Assembly: GCA_026397015.1 (NCBI GenBank)
Contig: JAPLVR010000003.1
Coordinates: forward strand, 45,414 to 109,413
Source of the DNA: Candidatus Iainarchaeum sp.
Lineage (GTDB): Archaea; Iainarchaeota; Iainarchaeia; Iainarchaeales; JAAZKV01
Direction of reading: 5' to 3'
Length of the DNA stretch: 64,000 bases
A program made the position numbers and the translations under genes. Positions 50,485 through 58,800 of the stretch are shown here, piece after piece; the stretch's first letter is position 1; each line of letters starts with the position of its first letter. The notes below the pieces were generated by a model. The model was given only the letters and a program-made list of their open reading frames with translations, searched no databases and had not been told where the DNA came from.

Positions 50485-51256
50485 GTGAAAAAAATGGGTA
50501 GCATTGAAAGGGCGCTTTTTTCCGCCTTTAAAAATGACGGGGTTCTTCCGGAGCACCAAAAGTCAATACTCGGTTTTCTTGAAAGGCTGAAAAGGAGGAG
50601 CCGTGAACATTACGCACACTCCGTAAGAACCGCCCTTCTTGCTTCAAAAATAGGCCGCCATCTCAATACCGACCCGAAGGCGTTTCTTTTTGTCGGAGCC
50701 CTTCACGATATCGGAAAAATAAAAATTCCCGGTAAAGTGCTTGGAAAAAAAGGGGCGTTTACAAAAACGGATAAAAAAAATAATGGACAGGCACGTGCTT
50801 TACTCCTATAAAATGCTCAAAAAAATACACCCTTTTTCCGCAGAGATTTCCTTGCTCCACCATTATTACCAGTTAGAAGGCTACCCGAAAAAATTGCCAA
50901 AAAGAAATCCGAAATTTTCCCCTGAAACGTGGAAAAAAATCGAGTTTTACGCAAAGATTCTTGCAATCGCGGACGTTTATGATGCTGCAACAACCAGGCC
51001 CGCAAAGGCGCATGGCTTCAGGAGGCCTCTTGCCCCTGCAGAAGCAAAGGCGTGCCTGATAAAAAAATTTATGGAACCGGAACAAAGAAAAATAATAAAC
51101 TGTTTGTACAGGGCAAAAATTTTTGGCAAAAAAACAAAAATTCCTTCACAAAAAATGCGGGCCGGAAAAACTTTAAAGAAAAGGAAATTTCCTGCAGGCA
51201 AGACAATTGTGCAAACCGGCGGCGGAAGAATTGTAATGCGGCGCATCCGCCGTTAA
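50485..51256 (+). pseudogene. HD-GYP domain phosphodiesterase, split by one extra A in an A8 tract (50773-50780)
   Basis: HSVR and LHDIGK in one frame; HHYYQLEGYP and ILAIADVYDA in the next frame. An A7 tract would give DKKIMDRH in frame. Confidence 0.82.
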
Positions 51257-51318
51257 ATAAAAAACATATTCGGCAGCAACAGAAAAGCATTTTAACCCCG
51301 AAGCGGTTTATTATCTTC

Positions 51319-51978
51319 ATGCCCTCAAAAAAAAAATATGCGTTTAAGAAAAAAACCGCGAAACGAAAGGCGGCGCTTCCAGAAAAAATAAAATCGCACT
51401 GGGCGAAACAGGAAGAGAAAATAAGGAAAAGCCAATTGAGGCAATTTGAATTTTTTATTCTCGGTTTTGTTTTATTCTACTTAATTGTTTCAGCGATTGT
51501 TTCAATTGTTCCGCAGAGTTTTTTCGAGGCCCTTACGGGAATGACACTAAAAAGTTTGCTTGCACTGCAGGGATTGGAGGTAAGCGGAGCGATAAAAGCG
51601 GTTGAAGGGTTCGGCGAGGTTTTTGTTCTGCAAATTGGAAGCGGAACGGCGGCAAAAGAAATAATCATTTCATGGCTCTGTTCGGGCACATTCGAAATAA
51701 TTATTTTGGCTTGCGCGATTCTGGCGAGCTTTGGCGTTGAGTGGAGGAAGAAGTTTCACGGAATAGCAGTTGCAATAATCGCAGGATACTTTTTCAATTT
51801 GATTCGCGTTTGGCTCACCGTAAATATTGTGCTGACGCAAAATATCCAAATCGTTGAATTCGCGCATGACTTACTGTTCAGGGCGGTGCTTTTCCTATAC
51901 ATAACAGGATTTTATATTTTATGGTTTTTTTGGGCGGTTGGGGCAACAGAAAAAACAATCGGCAAAAAACGAATTTAA
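51319..51978 (+). CDS. Archaeosortase/exosortase family membrane protease
   Basis: Catalytic pattern ISWLCSG (Cys), FNLIRV (Arg), HDLLFR (His/Arg); multiple TMs; ATG at 51319. Confidence 0.85.
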   Translation: MPSKKKYAFKKKTAKRKAALPEKIKSHWAKQEEKIRKSQLRQFEFFILGFVLFYLIVSAIVSIVPQSFFEALTGMTLKSLLALQGLEVSGAIKAVEGFGEVFVLQIGSGTAAKEIIISWLCSGTFEIIILACAILASFGVEWRKKFHGIAVAIIAGYFFNLIRVWLTVNIVLTQNIQIVEFAHDLLFRAVLFLYITGFYILWFFWAVGATEKTIGKKRI

Positions 51979-52026
51979 AAATACCTTTAAATACTTGAGG
52001 GGCACAATAAATGTAGTGATTTTATA

Positions 52027-52311
52027 GTGAAAGTTTATTGGACAAAGCACGCAGTGGAAAGGTTCATAGAAAGGGCGCTGATTCACGGCTTTACCAGAAC
52101 GGAAATAGAAATTATAATAAAAAAACAGGAAGTCAGAATTCCAAAAGGGCTTGATGAAAAATATGGCAAAAACAAATTTGAAACTATCGGTTTGGTTGCC
52201 GGAAAATATTTAACCGTGCAAAAGGCAGAGGGCAAGGAAAACATTATTGTAATTACCCTATGGGAATCAAAGGAAAAGGAGGTTAAAATATGGCTTTCAA
52301 AACAAAAATAA
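52027..52311 (+). CDS. Putative toxin, DUF4258/RelE-like RNase
   Basis: 'WTKHAVERFIER' and C-terminal 'IIVITLW'; overlaps the partner gene. Confidence 0.7.
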   Translation: MKVYWTKHAVERFIERALIHGFTRTEIEIIIKKQEVRIPKGLDEKYGKNKFETIGLVAGKYLTVQKAEGKENIIVITLWESKEKEVKIWLSKQK

Positions 52312-52634
52312 AATGCCCAATATGCGGGGGAAACGCAATCCTCTCAAAAGCGGGCATGGAAACGATGAATGGCCTCATAAGGATAAAAGACAATCCGGTT
52401 TACGAGTGCCAGAAATGCAAAGAAACGGTTGCAAGCGGCGAGATGGTTGACAGGGCGCTTGAAAAGGCAAGGCACCAATTCAACTTTGAGAGGCAGATAA
52501 TTTCCACCGGCGGCTCGCTCGCAATAACACTGCCGACGGACGTTTCAAAATACTACCGCCTAAGCAAGGGAAAAACAATCCAAATAATACCGCAGGCAAA
52601 GAATGAATTCAGAGTAATAACGCAAAAGCAATAA
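52290..52634 (+). CDS. Putative antitoxin: YgiT/MqsA-type zinc ribbon plus AbrB/MazE-like domain
   Basis: CPICG..CQKCKE; 'STGGSLAITLP..LSKGKTI'. Confidence 0.75.
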   Translation: MAFKTKIKCPICGGNAILSKAGMETMNGLIRIKDNPVYECQKCKETVASGEMVDRALEKARHQFNFERQIISTGGSLAITLPTDVSKYYRLSKGKTIQIIPQAKNEFRVITQKQ

Positions 52635-52805
52635 TCTACACACAGTAAGCCTTTTATTAATCTACAACGCCCCCGAAAACAAAACCTTTATTAATACAGT
52701 AAAGATATAATCAATACAATAGGAGCAATCAATTTTAGCGAGTTAACTAGTTAAGTGAATTGGGGAATTTAGGCGTTGAAGTTGGAGTTTGTTGGGGTGC
52801 TTTGA

Positions 52806-55800
52806 TTGATTTCCGAGAAGTTGGCCGGCTTTTACACAAGGGTTGAAGACAAGTACTTTGATTTCCTTGATTTTTTAGACGCAAAAGGCATGCCCGTTTA
52901 CAAATACTCCGATTTTTTCGAAAACAAGGGAATACCGAGTTTTATTGTCACAGTTGCGATTCTTGTTCTGCTGATTACTTTGATAAGTGTTGGCCTGGCG
53001 ATGAGCGTGCCGGCGACGCAGCAAATAGTTCTGATGCTGAGGGATGCGGAGGGAAATCCGTTGCAGGGAGTAAGTGTAACAGTTTTGAATATGAGCGGGG
53101 AAACTATCGCCGGACCGTTGGAAAAGAATGACGGCGACACAATCGAAATCCCGAAACTGCCGCAGGGAACGAAAGTTAAGCTGATTGCGAGCAAGGACGG
53201 CTACCAGATAGGAGATGCTGAAATTGCGCTCGGAACAGAAATTGCAACCGGAACGTTATCGCTCGAACCCGCATTCGAAGGAATAAACGCAATCCTGAAT
53301 CTTGTTGATGCCGAAAACGGAACAAACATTACCGGAGCCACAGCGATGGCAACCTGGAACGAAATGCTTTTCAATTTTGACACAGACAACAACGGAAACT
53401 ACATTAAATCCGGAATGCCCGAGGGAAAAACTGTTACTCTTACTGCGGAAGCGGACGGCTACGACGGGCTTTCGACCACAACAACTTTCTATGATAAAAG
53501 CCCGCGAATTTTTAAGATGACCCCTTCGAGCCAGGGATACGACCAAAAATCAAATGTAATTGTCACTGTAAAGGACTCGGCCGGAAACACAATCGATGGC
53601 GCAAAAGTAACTCTCATCAACAAGGCAAATGAGGTAATTCTTTTAGAGGATTACACAAAACAGGGAAGCGTTGCGGGCGCAATACAAACTGGAATTGTGC
53701 TAAAAATAATTGTTGAAAAAGACGGTTACCTTCAATATGATTCAGAAAGTGAAGCGAAACTAATAACGCTAAGGGAAAAAGAAAGGCAGATAGACGTTGT
53801 GCTAAAACAGGGCGGGGAAAAATTGAATGTTCTTGTTACAAACAAGCTCGGCCTCGCGCTTGAAAACACGAGCGTTCAACTTTATGATATTCAGGGAAAC
53901 CTTATTGATGCGGGAAAAACAACTGTAAGCGGAATCGAATTCGGAGGCCTTGATTCAAATGAAATGCTTATTGTTACGGCGCATCACGAAGGATATCTTG
54001 CGCAGAGAAAAAAGGTAAATGTCGCTTCAACGGAAGAGGTAACTTTCGCGCTCGAACCCGTAACCGGCAACAATTCCGCAGCGCTCGATATTTTTGCGGT
54101 CGATGAGTTTGCGCAGGTGGTAAACGGAGCGAATGTAGCAATCTATATTAATGAAGACGGAAACATGCTGCCATACGGTTACTCAGAACTTGTAACGCCG
54201 ATAACCGGATATGTGCGCGCGACTGTGGAAAGCGGAAAAATTTATGAGGTCAGGGCGGAAACGGCGGTGCTCCAGGGAGAAACAAGCGCGCAAGTTCCGG
54301 GGAAAACGCCGGTGAAGGCGTACGTCATAATGAAAAAGAAGGCGCAGATACTTGAAATGATTTTTGAGGGCCCAAAGGGGGAAAAAATCTACGGAACGGC
54401 GGAAGTAAATACGATTGAGGGAGAACCTCTCTACGACGGAAATATTTCAAATTCAAAAATTTTCTTCGACGCGGAAGGAAAAGAAGTTGTTGAAGTAATA
54501 GTTTACCTTTCCGATGGAAACATGTTTTCCGAGAATGTAAATGTAAAAGGAAAAGACACTGTAACGGTTGTGGTTTACGGTGGAACTGTAGATGCGCTGG
54601 CGCCGAAAATCGAATTTGTGGGCCTTGAGGATGAGGCTGGAAATGAAATCGGCGGAATTACGCCGGGTGCTTTTTATTGGGCAAAATTTTCAGTAACGTT
54701 CCCTCTCGGGGCGGAAAAAGGCGGGGTCCATTTTAGAATTGGAAACGATGCTGTTAAGTTTGCTGAATCTGGCAACGGCGCAATATTTGAGCTGGGCATG
54801 CAGGGCGCCAACACTTTTTATTCTACTTCATACTCCCCAACGCCAGCGCCGGGAAATGAAACGATCGACAGAGCAAATGCAGGGGATGTTGGAAATGCAA
54901 ACAAATGGGTCGAAGGGACTCTTGGCCAGCCGAACGGAACTTACATCGCAAAAGTAAAAATAAGAGTGAGCGATTACACCGCCGGAACAATCGATTTGAA
55001 ATACAGGGCGTGGGGAATAAACCAAACAAGCTATTACAGAAATCCGGAAGACATTTCGCTTGGAAACAATGCATTTACGGATGCGAAAAGCGGGCTCTAC
55101 GCGGAGGCAAGAGTTCAACAGTTGAAGCTTTACGAATCATTGCCGGAATGCAGCGGAAACATTTGCCTCGCATTAAATTTCCTTGACGGCGATGGAAAAT
55201 TTTACGATACCACCGCGTTCCAACCAATAAAAGGAAATGTTTATGCTCTTGAAGCGGAAGTTTCAGTGCAAGAGGGGGAAACAGTTGAGATGACAGTTTC
55301 TTCCCCTGAAAAAATAAAGTTCACTTCAGTACAGAAAGTTGCGGCAGGGTCTTCAACAGGATTTTCCGGAAGTGAAACGGGAGGAACAACGAGCGGCTTC
55401 GGCGGAGGAAACGGAACAACCACTTATGGAACAGGCACAGGGGATTCCAACACGGGAATTTCAACGGGGCTTGTGGACAGGGCGACAGCGAGCGGCGTTC
55501 CTGAAGTTTTTTCTCAAAAGAAAAGCAAATTGAGTTTCGCGGCAACGGACACGAATTACTTCCCAACAACACTGGGTTCAAGCAGCGACATACAGGGGAT
55601 GGTTCCAAGGGGCGCCGGAACGACTGGTGGATTAGCGGGAACAAAAGAGATGACGACACGCGTCACGATAGGGCCAGGAGGAAAACAAAGAATAAGATTT
55701 TATTTCGTGGGCGATGATCTTGGAGCGGCCCAGATAAATTTCAAAGCAGTCGGAAGCACTCAAATTGAGAAAGCAATTTCATTCAACATTGTCGCACAAA

Positions 55801-58800
55801 AAGAACTTCTTGTAGAGCTCAGCAAGGACCAGGTAAATTTGGGGGAGGCTTTCACGGTAAGGGTCAGGGACACAAATTCTGGGCCGATTGAAAACGCGCT
55901 GGTAAAAATAGTGGACAAAAAAGGTGAGGCAATAAAAAGCATTTCCGGAACTGGAAAAATAGACGAGGGGAAAAGTGGAAATTATAAGGTCGCAAATAAT
56001 TTTGATGCCGGCCTTTACACTGTGCAGGTCAGCGCGCCGACTTATCCGACAAAAGAAGTTCCCTTACTTATTACCACAAAAAATATTTTGGATTTCCCCG
56101 ATACAATAGAAGTCAAAATGCCTTTCAATCAAACGCAATCAGTTGTGAGCCCTCAACCGCAGTTACTAAACAATTCTGAGTTTCAGCTGCTTAACATCAC
56201 TTATGAATTAAATGGAAACGACAAAAACAAGGACAATGAAATAAATAATTTCAAATTTACAATCGGCCTTCCGCCCGCATTGGGAAAGAACGGAAAAATA
56301 ATGGTGCCGATAACTGTTAGTTACACCGGAAACGTTTCGGATTCGGCGGACGAAACCGCTACGCTCACAATAAAGGCGATGATTGAAGGAAAATTTTTGA
56401 CGCAGATAAGTTCGAAAGTGCATGTTTCTTACAACAAAAAAATGGATGAAGCGTGTTTGAAGATAGAGCCTTCAAGCGTCACAATAAATCTGATAGGAAC
56501 CGCGGAATCAACGGATTCTGAAACGGTTGAAGTTACAAACGGATGCGAACAAACGCTGATGATGAAAAAAAGGGTAAAGGAAAACACGACAAAATCTTAC
56601 ATAATAGTTGATTCCGAAGAGTTGAGCCTCGAAGTCGGCGAAACAAAAAATGTTACAGTTACTGCGAGAAACTTAATTGACAGAAAGTTCCAGCGCGACA
56701 ACAGTTTCAGTTATGAAATAATTTGGGACGCAAATTATTTGACGAAAAGATTGCCTGTTACTGTAAAAACAATAAATCCGAGCATGGCGCTGAGTTATCC
56801 CGGCCAAATAACTTTGTGGCTGGCGCAAAACTCGCAGAATGCAAAGGCAACTGCTATGCAGCCAATCTTTGTGACGAATATTTCAAACTTCCCCGTAGAG
56901 GGAATAACTTTCAGCGCCCAGCGCGATTATGGAAGCGGAACGAATGTGAGCTTAAGCATTGAGCCGCCCGGAACAATAACTCTTGAAAAAGGGCAATCCG
57001 CTGCAAAAAACGCCTTCGCGCAGGCGGCTTCGGTAATAACCGAGCCTGTGAGAGCTTCAATTCTGATAAGGGGAAGGATGGGAAACCTAGACAACAGGAG
57101 CGGCCAGAGAGACGGCTACGGGTATTATGAAAATTATTACAATGATTATTACAATCAGTACGAAAACTCCAGCGGCACAACGTTGACAAATAACATAAAC
57201 ACTTACGCGCCGGCAACAAATGTTTACACAACGGGAATGGAAGACCTCGGAGTAATTGATGTGATGATTTATTACTCTGGTTTCAATTGTTTCAAAGTTT
57301 CGCCGATAGATGATATGACATTCAATATTTCGAGCGCGGGCGCGCAGATAGCGAAAAGGGTTGCGATACAAAACGACTGTGCCGAACCCGTTACGGTAAC
57401 GGGCGTTGTTGCAAAAACGCCTGAAGTAATTCTTAGCATTTACCCCCAAGTAACTGTCGGAGTAAAACAGAGAGTAGAGGCAATGATTACTGTTACGCCG
57501 AGAACGGCACTCGGAAGATTTGCCGATGCGATTGATGAAAGCAAACTCAATAATCCAAATGCAATTTTCTTTGCGGAAGATCCGTGTAAAGACGTGTTAT
57601 GTGATGATGGCAACCCGTGCACGGAAGATACCTGCTCTAATGGAAACTGCTCGCATACAAAAAAAGCCGACGGCACTTCCTGCGGCGAGGGAAAAACATG
57701 CAAAAATGGTTCCTGTGTCACAGCAACGCCAGTTGCTCCGACAACTACCCCGCCGGTAACGACACCCACTACCACTCCTTCCACAACAAAACCGTCAAGT
57801 GCAAGCATTTCGCCGGCATCAACAAGAATCCCAAATTATCCGATAGTAATAGTCGGAATAACTTCCATAAGTCAAACTCCTTTGGAAAGCAAGCCGATAA
57901 CAATTTCTGTTTATTCCGACCAGGACGGCGCGGGACAATTCAGCAAAGTAAACAAGGGCGTAAAAATTTCTGTTTGCGGAAAAACGGAAAAGGAAAGCGT
58001 TGATTTCCCGAAAACGGGTTCGAACTGTGCGGAAAACTACTGCGACGGAAAAACAGCCGCAAAATATTTGGGGCAGAAATTGAACACGATGATAAAAAAT
58101 GCGGAATCCGCAGGATACTCAAAACAGAATCTTACCGAAAATTTCGGATGTGAAAATCAAGGGTATTGCACATTCGGCGCGCTCGGAATAAAGAAAGAAA
58201 CAATTCCGCTTTATCTGCAAAACGACAAGATAAGCGATGAATCATTAAGCGAAAGCCTGCAGGAGCAGAGCAGCGGCCAGACAACCGGATTCAGGGGGAT
58301 AACGGGAATCGGAAATTATTTAATCGAGCCTTTTGAAGTTACGAATGAAACCATAAGCATGATTGCGCAGGCGGGATCATACCCGAGAAGAATTTTCCTT
58401 GACAATGCCCTGAAAGGATGCGGATTTTACAGAATAAGTATTGACGGGGCGTTCCCTGTTTCCGGCGGGCAAATAATGTTCACGGAACCAGTCATTGTAA
58501 TAAAGGCCGAGGACTTCGGCTCCGGCAAAAGAATTGACACAAAGGAATGCACCAGCAACATAATCAATATTTCAAACTTCAATCCTGTGGACGAGGGATA
58601 CACTGCGGGAGATAGCAAGGGCACAATGCTTGCAACAGTTGGAGGAGGCTCGAAGCTTGATGAAATTGCAAAAAGGGTTGCGAAAGAAAGATACAAAGAT
58701 GAAACAAGAAACAGTTCAACAGGGCCGGGAGCAAGAGTTGAAATAAAAGAGGGCCCAGTTGAAGAAGCGCTGGCACAGGTATGCATGGGCACCGGAGGAG

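Noticed and set aside
50345-50488. Alternative-frame basic peptide (KKRKKARKKGRKAQNSRTKKMQQQIRQ) ending in GTGA over the HD-GYP start, suggesting another frameshift
   Set aside because: No homology evidence; A-rich DNA readily produces Lys-rich frames
51052-51318. N-terminal 89 codons of the 308-aa sortase ORF
   Set aside because: Overlaps the HD-GYP 3' half out of frame; ATG 51319 is the more plausible start
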